NCBI GenBank assembly: GCA_964247055.1
Contig: OZ176051.1
Location: forward strand, 13,888,001-13,952,000
Direction of reading: 5' to 3'
From: Paragordius varius
Taxonomy: Eukaryota; Animalia; Nematomorpha
DNA length: 64,000 bases
In this document: piece after piece, positions 1-14,009 of the stretch
Position numbering within the stretch: the first letter of the stretch is position 1
Layout: the number at the start of each line of letters is the position of its first letter
The notes under the pieces: model-generated
Seen by the model: only the letters and a program-made list of their open reading frames with translations
What the model was told of the DNA's origin: nothing
Database searches by the model: none
Program-made: the position numbers and the translations under genes

Positions 1-203
1 TTGTCTATTTTTACGAGATTCATGGGTAAAATATAATGATTCAATACAACCAGAAAAAGCTTATTGTTTTATACAATCAATCTATTTCAAACAAGAGAAA
101 ACCCAAACGAATGGATTTTGTTGTATGTGTTGTGTTGTACTGCAATTATTGCACATTCATTTTTTGTTTGTTACTATCAGGGTATATAAAAATCTTTTGT
201 TAA

Positions 204-692
204 CACTTCGCAAATTGGGTATCTAAATACCCCAGAATTAATTTGAGTTAGGATTTTACAAAACTACTGAAGGAAACGGTCCCAATTTAAATTTATGCTT
301 CTATCATAATAAAAATTATATAAATATGCTAAAATATCTTAATAAAATTTTGTTTTGGAAAAAAAGTTACATGTCTAACTACTTAGATGCCATTTTTATT
401 TTATGAATTTTTGCAAAATATCTTCTTCATTTAATTTTAAGGGTAAAATTAAAGCTAATTTTTTTTTAAATTACATCTAACATTGATAATAAAAAAAAAC
501 GGTTTATTTTGTATTATTTTTTTAATTTTACCTTTGCACACAAGTCACGTTGACTAAATTTTTACCTTTGGTTTTAGCTTAAAATAAGTAATATTAAGAT
601 TTTTGAATAAATTTTTTTATATATTTCGGTTTATCAATGTTATATAAGTGCATATGATGGAAGGACTATAATGAATGTGTTGTATCCAAGTA
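204..692. mobile_element. TTAA-flanked (piggyBac-like) MITE family F
   Basis: TTAA|CACTTCG...CAAGTA|TTAA; a second copy at 46930-47499 (TTAA|CACTTCG...CAAGTG|TGAA) shares several hundred bp. Confidence 0.6.
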
Positions 693-718
693 TTAACATT
701 AAAGTGGGTTAATTATTA

Positions 719-1005
719 CAGTAAAAATTATTATTATACGGAAAAAACGTAAAAATATAAAGACAAATTTCATTATCAAAAGATAACCATACTTTTTCAT
801 ACCTTAATATATCCTATTAAAATTATTGAATAACATTCCTAAAATATGTAATTGATTATGTTACTAGCATACAGCTCTATTTTATATACTTTGGATTAAA
901 AAAGAATGACTTATATTTGAATTTTTTTAAAAAGTATGGTCTATGATAAATAAATATTTGTCTTTATATTTTTACGTTTTGTCCGTATAATTTCAATTTT
1001 TACTG
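719..1005. mobile_element. Tc1/mariner-type MITE family A (TA|CAGTAAAAATTGAAATTATACGGACAAAACG..., ~85-bp TIRs)
   Basis: TA TSD. Other copies at 12344-12612, 21809-23517 (Helitron nested inside), 37297-37592, 49906-50157, 52601-52890, ~53493-53765, 54429-54710, 57054-57319, and fragments at 62526-63125. Confidence 0.9.
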
Positions 1006-1982
1006 TATTATATAATCTCATTCGTGATTTTCTTTAACTCTGACCTAAATAAATGTGCAAATAAAATGTATGTAGCAGATAACAGCGTCACACTTGACAA
1101 GGATTTTTATCGCGACACTGCTCAAAGCCCAATAACTTATATTACTAAAGCGTTAATATTTGATTAGGGCCAGTAAGTTATCGGTATTTCAGGTCTAATT
1201 GAATTGTAAATCCTTTCTTAGTCCTTATATATTATATGATGTTGAATTAGGTCCCAAGAAAGGGTGATGATTTAAATGAGTTTTGTTTTAGCTAGCTATA
1301 CATATATGTAAATGCGTATCATAGGCTTTGAAGATTAGAATATTGTAGTATCTCATCTAACCTTACTAATGATAACAATATAGTTAAAAATCCTAAGATT
1401 AGGTTCAGTTCTTTAACTTATTATTTTTACAAAAAAACGTAATCCATTGCCATTTAAAAACAATTTCAATAATCAATCAACCCACCATTATAATGAAAAA
1501 TATTGATTAAAGATATAAAAATTAAGATTTTATTGGAAACAAACTTTGGAGTGTTATTTGAAATTCCACATTAGTTAATATCAATTATAATTACACAAAA
1601 TGTGCTGAAATATGAATCGGTTACTCATTGAATGTTAAATCTTAACATACTTATTTATAAAAAAAAAATTATTTTTACAAACGTAACAAAAGACCTATCG
1701 ACATTACTGGTTATCATAACAGTTAATTCTCGCTAAAGAGCAATATAAAAGTGAAATATTCTATAATTAAAAAATTTATTAGAAACATTCTACATAAATT
1801 ATATTGATACATACAGGGAAAGATATAAGTAATAAGATGGAAAGTAATTGATTCTTGACTATGGAAGCATTGGTTGAGAACCGTGTAGGATATTCATGTA
1901 ATAAAAATAGATTGTTTATCATAAAAGTATCTTTATATATAAAATGAATTAAAAAATAGGATTCAATAAATTATATTATAGA

Positions 1983-4900
1983 TCATTTATTTGAGTTATG
2001 TTGTCGTTTTGTGAAAAAAAAATAGTAGTAAATGACATAGATTGGTATAAAAGCGACTGGTAAAAGAGCGACACCCCAACCCAAACCAGACGTCCATTTA
2101 GGATATTTGTAGGAGCCGAGGCTTATGGGAACATGTAATACGAAACCGTATATTATCATGATCTAAGGATTTTTGTTTAAAAGGATATAATTTGGGAGTT
2201 AGGATTGCTAAAAATAAAGTAAAATTCTACTGAATAGTTACCAAAATGAGTATTGGGCTTATATATTTCCAGCAAATTCTCCAATACAGGTTAGGTTTAT
2301 GGCCAATCATTTCTTCAATGTTTTGGGCAAATTTGGCATCACCTATTATAAAATTGGATTCATATATTTTATTATAATAAATGATTTTTTTAAACAAAGC
2401 ACTTTCAAAGTGCGAAATATAAACATCACCAATGATAAAAGAAATAAAAGACAACTTACCATAAAACCAGGAGATACCAACGGCTTCGAGTAAAACGACG
2501 AAAAGTAAGGCAGTACCGGCCGAATAATAATCAAAGAAATTAACCCAGTACATCCCAGCCTGGGTAAAAATATTTATTTATTATTATGTTTTTATTGTTA
2601 AAGGAATTTATGTTTGGTAGGAGAGCCGTAAAAATCGAGATGATTGCTTAAAATTTAAAGTCTAAAACTCAAACCAGTAAATTTGAGTTAATAAACGAGA
2701 TAGTTTTAACCATAGAAATCGGTTCTAGTTCAAATCTTAGGAAAATCACATGTTCTTTTAGAGTAATTTCTTGTCAAAGTACGTGATTTAATATATCATG
2801 AATTTTTACCCGACTGGTACAAAGGAGTGATATAATAAAAGAACAAAGCACGATGACACCCGTAAGGGCAGTTTTTGATATCTTCCTTTGCGCCATCCAT
2901 CCATGTAAATCATCATACAGGCCAGTTATAACGGACTCCACCCCACCTAACTAAAATAATATAAAACTAAACTTATGAAATTTCATATTAAATTGTAAAA
3001 ATAAAATTAAAATTACACCAAAACTTTGCCAATATCTTGTTTTACAAATTTTTAAATTAATATTTTCGACTATTAAATTTACTCAAAAAATATTACGAAA
3101 TATCCAAATTCAGATGTTAATTTGGTCTATACTTTTCGATAATAATTGATAAATGTATTATACTATATGTATTAATTAAAAATCAAACATACCAAACTAT
3201 CAAATCCCAGAGTAATCAGCGTCAAAAAGAAAACAATGGAAAAAAAGATGCTTCCTTTCAGCAATGTTAGAGCTTCGGGATACACATTGAACACCAGCCC
3301 AGGGCCTAAAATGTTGGATAAATAAAAATAATCATCATATATTATATTGTACCAAATTTAGTGTCAACGATAAGTTTTTCTAATTTTCCTAGTTGATCCC
3401 ACTACCCCACAGTATCCGAAAAATTGGGAGTCATGAAATATAAGAATAAGTTAAAATTGATTTAAGCGGTCAGCTCTTGTTTATGTTTTAGTTACGACAG
3501 GGTTAATTTTTTGAATATAGAATAATATATATAATTTATAAATTAAGCTCATTAACATTCGAAATTAATTAATTAATTAAAGCGTCTGCGTCTAAAATAT
3601 AATCAGATTATTTTTATTTGATCCAAAGTATATTCATGGGCGTTTTAACATGTGAAAAATTCTAAATTAATCATTTTTCTAACAGTTTCTTCTTGCAAAA
3701 CATAAGGAGTTTACCAAAATGACATATATAATTTATAAAGTCCATTTCAAAACACAAATATTTTATAATTTTTGTATAAATTTGCTGCATGAAACGCGTA
3801 CGTTTTATTGCTCCATCTCAGCTACCGAACAAGTTATTCATATGTTTTTGAAAATAAAAATAGGAGAGTGGCGTAAAAGTGGAGCTTTTTCTTTTAATTT
3901 TAAACCCTCATCAAAATAACCCTAATATATATTTTGATTTATACCACAAAATCTTATTTTTGTATTTAGCCGCTTTACTTTGATGTCTAATCTTATTGGG
4001 ACACACGCTTTTAAAATTTTTACCTTAGTATTTTCGATTGTTTTGCAGCTTTAATTTTAGCTGAAAGATTAAAATTAGTTTTTTGCTTATGCGCAACGTG
4101 ACATTTATTTGTTTACGAAACTAATGTACATCTCAAAATAAAACTTTTATTTTCGACCCTAGTCTAGCTAATTACATATATGAATATTAAGTTTAGATTT
4201 GGTACAATAATATTGTAACTTTAGTGTCTATTTATTTCAATGAATTTACAAGAAACTTATTTTTATCCCGTAACTTAACCTATGTTATTAATAAATTACC
4301 ATCTTGTGCAACCATTTGTATGTCGAGACCTCGCTGTTGAGCCAAATGACCCAGGAAGGAGAAAACAACAATGCCGGCTAAAAAACTGGTTATACTATTG
4401 ACGCATGCCGTTACAATCGCATCTCTATATCATATAATATCAAATTTAATTAAGTAAATTATCGGATCCAACATATAAAACAAAATATTTTGACTTATTA
4501 TTTTCACCTTTTATGATTCTTAATATATATACCTGTAACGTGTAGGAACAACAAATGGTTGAAATTAAACAAGATTTTCCTATCTCACAACATTCAATTT
4601 ATTAATTTATTTATGGACATATTTGTGTTTTATACATGCTACTGTATTACCAATTGGTCAAATATAATGCGAATTGTAATAACAGTTGTAAAATCCGTAG
4701 TATAATGATAATCGAAAATTAAAGAGATAATTAACAGAAATTATAAACGATATGTTAAACCCTTTTGTCAATAGTAATCGTAGACTAGTTTCGTGCTTGT
4801 TAGCACTCATCAGTACGACACAACTATTTGACTTGGGGTTTTCACATATCGATTTCGTATATATATCCAACTTTGCAAATTTGGTATAAATATTATCTTT

Positions 4901-6977
4901 CAATTAATTTTCGATTATCATTATACTACGGATTTTACAAGTGTTATTACAAAACATAATCATCCGTCATTTACCATTATAATGTGAATTGATTTACATA
5001 AATGTGTATAGAGATATATATATGTGGATTAAATAATTTTGATAACGAGGTAATAATTAAAATACGATAAGTTAATTACGATTGTATATTGTTATGGAAT
5101 TTGTTATAAGACGCGTATGCTATGTGGACCCCAAATCCCGGCCCGGTTGAATAAAATATTTGAACGGCGGCATCAAACCAAACCTTTAAAAATTTATAAT
5201 ATATTTAGCCAAAATCTAAAACTTGCGACACGAAATATATAACAAATTCCACATTCACTTATAATTTCAATGTTAATTGATATTACAGGTTGTATAAGTT
5301 ATTACCAAACCGTCCTTTAACTTTTCTATATTGGGCCTCAAATAATAGAATACACCATCTTTGGCTCCGGGAAGAAAGAATGATTGAATTAATAGCACCA
5401 GGAGCAATATATAGGGAAGAGTTGCCGTTACCCATACAACCTATATAAATAAACAATGTTTGTGCCAAAATTTGAGAGGCTTTAGGAATCAAACTATGCG
5501 CATGGAACAATAATGCCTTTAATTAACCATATGGCAGTTTGATTAGTTTAACAACTAATATAAATGTAAAAAACTCGCCCACTATTATTTATCAAAGCGG
5601 ATTAGGGTTTATTCACTTGGCTACATTTCAGTGCCAAAATAAATTCGATTTTTTTCTCTGATTATCAAGTAAGAGCATTATATATATATATATATATGTT
5701 GGTAAAAAAAAATTTAATTTGTATACCCTGAAGCATCATTTATAATCAATCTTTGAGCAATGATAAAATAAATTTTGTAAATTAATAAGTAATTACCTTT
5801 CCAGAAGATTTTACGCCACGAATGAGTGAGAAAAAAACGCATAAATATATGAGTATGGCTGCCAAACAAATATCCCATTTGATTCCACCGAAAAAATCTA
5901 GTCCTTGGCTCTCATGAATACCCAAAACCTTTCGGCTAAATATTATCATTGATTTAAATTAATTCTGAAAAATGGGCGTTTTATAGTTTTATATTTATAC
6001 TCGGTATTTAAATTTTTTTTCCTAGACTTATCGTTTTAAACTTATGTAGGCGCTAGTGATTATCAAGTAAATTAAGCATTTCAGGAATATATTTATATAG
6101 TTACAAACTAAGAGATTGATGAAATTATATTATACAATGTTAAAATATTCGGGAAAACTCAAGGATAATTTTCTTTAAAAATTGAATTTGTTTTGTACAA
6201 AATACGCAAATACTTGAAAAATTCTTCACTCGCGGGCACAAATTGTCTCTGAATTTTCGCATTTCCAATTATCTTACTAAAATTTTGCTGTAAAATGTTA
6301 AAATGACTAATATTCATATTGTTTGGCATATAATTTGACGCATTGGATGGCAGGGTGTTGGTTAAATTTAGGGTTCCATTGTGATACGCTTTTAAGAATT
6401 GTCCTGAAACGGTTTTTTCAAAACAATCTTTCGTGTTCCAGGCATTATCACAAGTCGACCACGGTAAAACTGTTGTGAACGAGGAGAAGAGATAATAAAA
6501 TGCATAACCAATAATGACTGGATAATATATGGAGACATAGAATGACACGGTGATCGAGGCATACCCCACACCTATATGTACATGGATTGTTGTTGTAAAC
6601 AAATTAAAAAATTTAACTATTATTTCAAACCAAAAGGTGTGTCATATTAATCTAAGGAAGTATAAGCTTTCTACCAAATTTGAAATAAGATAACTTTATA
6701 TATATCTCTCTTTTTTAATATCCTTAAAAGTAGCAGGCCTGTTTCAATCACCAAAAGTATGAATTAAATCTATTTTATCTATTTTATTTGCGAAATAAAC
6801 TGTTGCGATATTTTTTGGATGGTGATACTTGGATAAATGTGGTACAAACCTGTCTGGTGAAATTAGTTTTTAGGACGAAATCGTTTTTATACACAATAAA
6901 CTTAATTTTTTCAGTCATATTATTAGCATAAATTTTTAGTAAAGTATACTGATTTGTTACTTAAAATTCTGCCAGTT

Positions 6978-7020
<43 letters not shown>

Positions 7021-10000
7021 GGGTGGCCAAATTTTTTTATCGAGGGCTACCTTTTTGAGATAAAAGTCACGCGGGCCCTTATGAATATTAAGTATTAAAA
7101 TATTTATTTATCACTTGAGGACAAATGATGCAAATATAATGTCTATTTACGGTTTGGGGTAGTATATGGCTTTTTAAAATAATTATTACAAAAAATAATT
7201 ATTTTTTTGAGTAGTTATTTTTATATATAATCCTACTTTTATGAAGATACATAAAAAATATTGATTCAAAAGATTTCTGGTTGCCATAATCAGTACAAAT
7301 AGGAAACATTTGAAAATTCTTAATAAAAAAGGAAAATTAACTGTACATCTTGTCACTGATTTTAGAGGATTAAATAAGAAAAAGATTTGTAGCTCTTGGC
7401 AAGGATATTTATAATTTACCAATCTTATAGATTACTGCATTCTATAATGGACTTATGATTCCAGATGGTAAATTCCATCAAATCAAATAGAATGTCGCTC
7501 CGAAGTTTTGAGTTATTTATCAATGTTAACATAGTAGTTAATACAGATGAAAGATGTGGTTGAGTCATGTTGTATTTTTGGAATAAGACAAATAGAATAA
7601 AAAATAATACTCACAGTTAAAAGATCTAACATCGCATCCTGATATTTATATGCGATATCTCAGAAAAATGGCACTTTGCAAATCAATTAAAAAACAATGA
7701 TTTTTCTAATTTGACTTAATCTGAAATCTTGCTATGAAAATGTCGATGATATTGCACTCTAATTAATCATTGAGAAAAGATTTTTAGCTTGATTTTTGAT
7801 TTGTGAATATCTAAATGTATTTTTGTTAGTTCATGTAAAGAGTAGTAAAAAATCTTTGGACATTTGCCTTTTTAGGCAAAGCATTTAAAAATAATCTTGT
7901 TCCCATTCATTTTGATATATTTTACCATTTTCCTGCTTGATCATACTAAAATATAACTTTAAACTAAATTACTAATAGGACCAAATGATTTAAAGTTATG
8001 ATTAAATACATATGATAAAATTATTAATGAAATAATAAATAAACAGTTAAATATAAATTTTTGTAACATGTATAGATATTTTCACATAATAAAATTATAA
8101 TTTTGTGGGAAAAAAATTCTATGCAAAAATATTTTTTACAATATTTAAGAAATTTCAGGCTGTTACGTTTTGAAATCTCGAGGTCACCAAATCGACCACA
8201 GTGGACCGTTTGGCCACCCCTGATAGAAATAAACATATTCATATAAACTAGATTATAATTGACCATTTATGATTTATCAATCATTCATACATGTCAAATC
8301 AATTTATATTCAATAAATAAAAGCCGCACATTTAAATGATCCTTTATATTCCTGGCAAATTAAGCACGCTATAATGATGTTAGCGCAAAACGGCAAAATT
8401 ATAATTGCTATGGCATAATAAGTCGGCTTATCAAAATTTTTTTATGGATAATCTGCATATATATAGTGTTACGGAAGTATTTTGGCAAAATAAAATAATT
8501 TATTAATCATAATTGAAAGTTAGAAATAAGTAAAAAAACCATCGTCAACAAATTTATATACAATTTTTCATCGAAATCCAACACTAATAAAATTCAACAT
8601 TTTTCAAAGTCAATTGCTTTTTTGAATGTTAAACCCATCTCTTTTTCATTCAAACTCACTTTAGTTAAGGTATTTCAAGCACAAATATTAACTTGGATAT
8701 TGTTTTTGTGTTTGAAATCATTATAAATTTTTGAGTTTTCATAAGGCATTGGTAGTTTTATTTAATCAAAAATTTTGAAAAACAGGACCGAAAATTTCAT
8801 CAATAAGAAAAAAGGGTCTAGCCTTACTACCTTAGTATTCAGTTTGAATGAAAGAGTGCTCGATTCAAAAATGGTAGTAAGGAAGGAAAAAAAAGTTTTA
8901 CGTTTCAATGAAATAATGTTTAATTCGGTTTTTATAATTAATGCGCTATTTTTATTACAACATAATTATTACCTTGGTTTAAAGCAAATTTTTTAATCGC
9001 CTAATATAGAAATATACTTGTGAATATTTAGCAAGTATCTGTGATTTTTACTACTAAACTATATTATAGTTTAAATATATTTTCAAAAAAGATGTTAAGT
9101 CGCTCCTCAGACATGTCCAATATTTTCCCAATAAATATTTTCCCAAATATAACATACTATACATATGAAATTTACATGTTAAAAAATATATATTTTTTTG
9201 TAGTTTATTGTTTTACCTCTAAAATATGGCAGCATTTTCCAGATACCAACTGCTCCAGCTTGATTGTATTGCCCAAGAGCTAACTCGAGGTATAAGAGCG
9301 GAATCCCAGCAAAAACAAGCATTATAACGTATGGAATGAGAAATGCTCCTAAAAGTAGGATTTTACGAAAGAACATAAACCAATTCAGTTTAATAAGGAT
9401 AAAATAATAAAAAATTTAATTATAATTTACCTCTTCATATATATATATATAAACTGTATGCAAAAAAGAGGGTTAATTTTTTTAATAAAAATTTTTTTTT
9501 CATGAGTTAGCTTGTGACCAGGGAATTTATTTGCCGCAAAAATTTTAATCTGTTGACGATCTAGTTTTTGACATATTAAGAGAAAATCGAAATTCGGCAA
9601 AAAGTAAAAATTGAGGATTAAGGATATTTGAAAAAATAATGAAGTTGATATATTCTGATTTTTATTTTAGGAGATATTTTCTATATATAAATAGCTTAAA
9701 ATCATATAAATCGGGTTTTTACAAAATCTTAGTTCAAAAGATGGTGCTTTTTATTTAACTGGTTTTAAATGAGTTTTTTCATGACACTATATTAAAATAT
9801 TTTTTTTTAATAATTTACTAGCTAAACTTACTATTAAAATCTTATCATTCATATTTTATTCAGTAAAAAAACTATATCAAAATAAAACTAAAAAATATTG
9901 TTTTTATTTTTTCATTTTTTGTCATCTGGTTTATGAGTGTATATAAAATGTATAATGTTTTATTTTTGAATCTTACATGATTGGGAATTTTATACTATAT

Positions 10001-13000
10001 AATTTATGCAAAATAGGGTTAATATCAACCAACAATCCGTACAGATCCCTGTAACAGGTATGTTTTAACACAAATTAAAATTTTTACTGGGATATGTACG
10101 GATATTTTTGATTTTCCTCTGCTTTTAAATCCTATTTTGCAATTATATACTTTATAACTCCTGCTCATGTAAGAATCCAAAATAAAACAGTATAAATTTT
10201 TTTACCGTTATAAACCATGAAAAAATAAAAAAACAATATTTTTTAGTTTTATTTTGATATAGAAGTTTTTTTTACTGAATAAAATATAATTTTTAAGATT
10301 TTACTAGTAAGTTTATCTAGTAAATAATTAAAAATATTTTAATACAGTCTCAATAAATTTTATTGGTTTTTAAGTGTATTAAAAGAAAAACGCCATTTTT
10401 GGAACTGAGATTAAACCCTATTTATATGATTTTAGGCTATTTCTTTGTAGAAAATATCTCCTAAAATAATAATCAACTATAATATCACATATTTTTTGAA
10501 TATTCCTTAATTATCCTTAATTTTCACTTTTTGGCCGATTTCGATTTTCTCTTAATATTTCAAAATATAGGACGTCAACAGATTAAAATTTTTCCGGCAA
10601 ATGAATTCACAGGTCATAAATTATCTCATTATAAAAAAATTTTTGTAAAAAATTTATATACATAGATATATGATGTACACTAACTGAAGTTTCGAGTAGA
10701 AACCGATTCCTGCAAAAATTACAATTAAGACAAAACATGAAAAGACAAAGGGAATTATTGTACTAAAACATATTTATAAATTTTTAAAAACTATGTGATT
10801 GCAATTATAAATATGTATAAGGGTAAACTTTTTTCTATAATATTTCTGTTCTCCCAAAATAAAATGATTTAAAATTATGGTTTAGTTATTAGCTATTTAC
10901 TCTATATATTTACTTTTATAATTTTACTAGTGTAAATCTCCTGCTGCTATGCAGCCCGAGGAAGTCCCTCTGGGGGGGGGGGGGGCTATTTGAAAAAAGG
11001 GACAATAAAATGATCCACATATGTGGATTATTTAGAAACATTATTTAATAGCTATGATCTCATAAGAATTTTAAAACGGTGCATTCATACTAATATATCG
11101 TTTACTTGGGGGAAAAATAGAAAATATTATTTTTGTGGATTTTGTTTTTTTGAAAAAAATGGCTTTTTACGGGGAAGCGAAAGGGCCTAAATTAAAAAAG
11201 CGAGCCCACTATGTTCTGCGCAATCAAAAGTAAACAAAAATCATATTTGAAATTGAATGGTCCAACACTTTCTCCGGAAAATTGTCTCAAAGACACAATG
11301 ACTTTTGTTTTCAAAAAAAACCGTTTTTACACGGGGTGGGTCCGAAGGGGCCAAATTCAAAAAAAATGGCGAAACTATTGTCGGGGCATTTATTAATGAT
11401 TCGATATTTGGATTTGAATGGGTCCACCGGTTTTCCGGAAACAGGCACAAAGCCACATGACGAATTAGTTTTTAGCGGTTAGCTTCTTACCCAGCAGCTA
11501 TCGTCAAAGAAACGCTTGACTAAAATTTTTGCCTTTTAACAGGGAATACGTGAAATCCTTATTGAATTTTTACGGTCTCATACCTTGGGCTAAAAATAGA
11601 ATCAAAAAATTATTCTTGTAGACCTTGTTTTTTAAAAAAATGGCATTTTACGGGGGGAGCGGGAAGAGGGTCTAAATTAAAAAAGCGAGCCGTCTATGTT
11701 CGGCGCAATCGAAAATAAGTAAACAAAAATCAATTTGAAATTGAATGGTCCAGCAAGTTCTCCGAGAAATTGTCTCAAAGACACGATTTTTATGGACTAC
11801 TCTTTTTAAAAAAAACCGTTTTTTACACGGGGTGAGCCCGAACTGGGGGCCTAATTCAAAAAAAGGGCGAAGCTATTGTCGGGGCATTTATTAATGATTT
11901 ATTTTTTCGATATTTGGTGAATGGATCCACCCGTTTTCCGGAAACAGATCACAAAGCCAACATTTTCCATTTTTATAAATATATAGATTATCATACATTG
12001 AAATATAGCATTGATTAATTTCCCTGCAAACTTAACGATCAACATGACCTCCTATATTCTGAATGAAGGCGTGAATGTTAGAGTGGTTAAGAAAAGATTG
12101 TAATCAAAAATATTGGCTATTCATTATTATTATATAGTGGCGGGCGAGTGTTAAAGCCTTTTTATAAGTCCTAAACATTTAATTCCTTACCCATTATATC
12201 AAGCCTTCAAAATATTTCTTCCACCACGAGGAATTTCAAATGTAAAATTTTACCAAATCTAAGTAAAATCCAATTTCTCAGATAAACTTTCTGAATTAAT
12301 CTTTTCGAATGTTGGCAATGAGTTGGCAATAAATGTTAAAATACAGTAAAAATTGAAATTATACGGATAAAACGTAAAAATATAAAGACTAATATTTATT
12401 TATAAAAGACAATTAAACTTTTTATCTTGATTTTTTCAAATGTAACTCATCTTTTAAACTCCAAATTATAAAATAGAGATGTATATTGGTAACATAATCA
12501 ATTAAATATTTATTTCAAAGAGGATATGGTATAAAAAAGTATGGTTGTCTTTTGAAAAAAAAAATTGTCTTTATATTTTTACGTTTTTTCCGTATATTTT
12601 TTATTTTTACTGTAAATACTTGTTTTTACAGTCTTATATATAAAATCGAATAGAATTTGTTAATGCCCATATATTTTGCGAATGCGGCCCCCGCAGGATT
12701 TTTCGACCCGAAAATACGGCCCGTGAAGCCAATTGTGTGGGACATCCCGGCTTTAGATAATAAAACAAATTACGCAGGATATTCTTTAAGACGGTCCAAA
12801 CAACGAGGTGTATCCTTTATTTTATCAAAAAATTTTTTTTCGTTGAATGGGTATAAATATATATTTGTTAGGAATTGAAAAAACAAGAGCTCTATGGTAA
12901 TTCTTTAACTTTTTTGATGAATATGATATTGTTAATACCATAGAGCTCTTGTTTTTTCTATTCTTTAACAAATATATATTCATACCCATTTAACGAAAGA

Positions 13001-14009
13001 AAATAAATTTTTGATAAAATAAAGGATACATGACTGTAATTATATATATAAAAATAAAAATAAAATGTAATCCTTATTTGATACATTAAAAAACGTGGTA
13101 TAATCTCATCCTTTTTAAATTACTCATTAAAATACGAACCAAAATACAAAAGTATTTATTATCCATTATTATCAACAAATCCAAATTAGCTTCAAATTAA
13201 TACAAATGAAAAAAAAACTTACCACCACCATTTTTGTAGCAGAGGTAAGGGAAACGCCAAACATTGGCTAAATCAACAGCAAACCCAATGATAGAAAGAA
13301 GAAAATCAATCTTTTTACTCCATTGTTCTCTCGGGGGTTCACCCATTGATAATAAGGTACCTTTAACCTCGTTTTCCTGATATTTCTTGTGAGATTTAGT
13401 TTGATTAAATGTAATGTTTTGACCATTTTTGAAGTCATTTTCTGACTTTTGGTCCTTGGTATAATTGTACGGTAAGGCGACACGTTCAGTATTACAAGTC
13501 ATTTGAAAAAATTCATCTAGTTCTTGCTGCTTATTATTATCTTTGTTAATTGTTTCTAGCTCAATTTTTAAAATATTTACACCATTTTTTTGAGGATGCG
13601 ATTCATGTGGAACTTGGGATGGCATGATGATTATTTTTGGGACGGTTTCTTCGGAATATTCATTTGAGGATGTAGGATCGATAGCGCTTTTATTTTCATC
13701 GTAAATAATTTGTTCTTTAACATAACAATTATCATTATAATGAAAATTAACATCATAATTATTATTTTGCGATTCGTTTCTTTTATCGATATTAGTTTTA
13801 ACTGTATTTTGCAATGGTATGCCATTTTCTCGTGCTGCGTTCGATGTTAAAAATAATTGATTTTGGTGGTCAAGCGAATCAAAAGTTGCTTTTGTTACCA
13901 TTCCATTGTGCCTTTTTTCATTTTTGTGGTTTAATGGATTCATGATGGAGGAACCGTCGTTTCCATCTCGCTGCTTATCGAAATGATTAATATTTTTATT
14001 ATTATCCAT
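1983..14009 (-). CDS. DAT: Na+/Cl- dependent monoamine transporter (SLC6/NSS family; dopamine/noradrenaline/octopamine type), about 804 aa, 12 coding exons
   Basis: Exons: 14009-13223, 9348-9217, 6571-6214, 5935-5797, 5440-5306, 5183-5080, 4424-4300, 3305-3193, 2950-2810, 2559-2460, 2342-2242, 2162-1983; all GT-AG, phases consistent, 2415 nt. Motifs: [40 protein letters not shown] (TM1 Asp of monoamine transporters, LAN rather than the LGN of SERT), EL2 [91 protein letters not shown]. Exact orthology (DAT vs NET/OAT) is not resolved. Confidence 0.93.
7018..8222. mobile_element. hAT-type non-autonomous element in SLC6 intron 2
   Basis: TIRs TAGGGGTGGCCAAA / TTTGGCCACCCCTG; GCGGGCC subterminal motif; 8-bp flanks ATATATAT / ATAGAAAT (6/8 match). 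Confidence 0.65.
9470..10655. repeat. ~1.2-kb diverged fold-back palindrome in SLC6 intron 1
   Basis: Arms mirror each other around ~10060 (e.g. ATCCGTACA/TGTACGGAT, AGAAAATCGAAAT/ATTTCGATTTTCT, GGAGATATTTTCT/AGAAAATATCTCC); roughly 80% arm identity by eye. Confidence 0.85.
10927..11987 (-). mobile_element. Non-autonomous Helitron with internal tandem repeats (copy 1, SLC6 intron 1)
   Basis: On the minus strand: A|TCTATATATTTATAAAAATGG start, GCTGC-ATA-GCAGC hairpin 12 nt before CTAG|T; about two ~485-bp internal units. Confidence 0.85.
12344..12612. mobile_element. MITE family A copy
   Basis: TA|CAGTAAAAATTG...TTTTTACTG|TA. Confidence 0.88.
12811..13030. repeat. ~220-bp fold-back palindrome
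   Basis: TGTATCCTTTATTTTATCAAAAA...AAGAGCTCTATGGTA-loop-TACCATAGAGCTCTT...TTTTTGATAAAATAAAGGATACA. Confidence 0.85.

Noticed and set aside
10972-10985. G14 run as a functional G-quadruplex
   Set aside because: A single homopolymer inside one Helitron copy and absent from the others; likely slippage.
11211-11482. Short ORFs here and at 21986-23178 and 26454-26681
   Set aside because: Chance frames in Helitron tandem repeats; they shift frame between copies.
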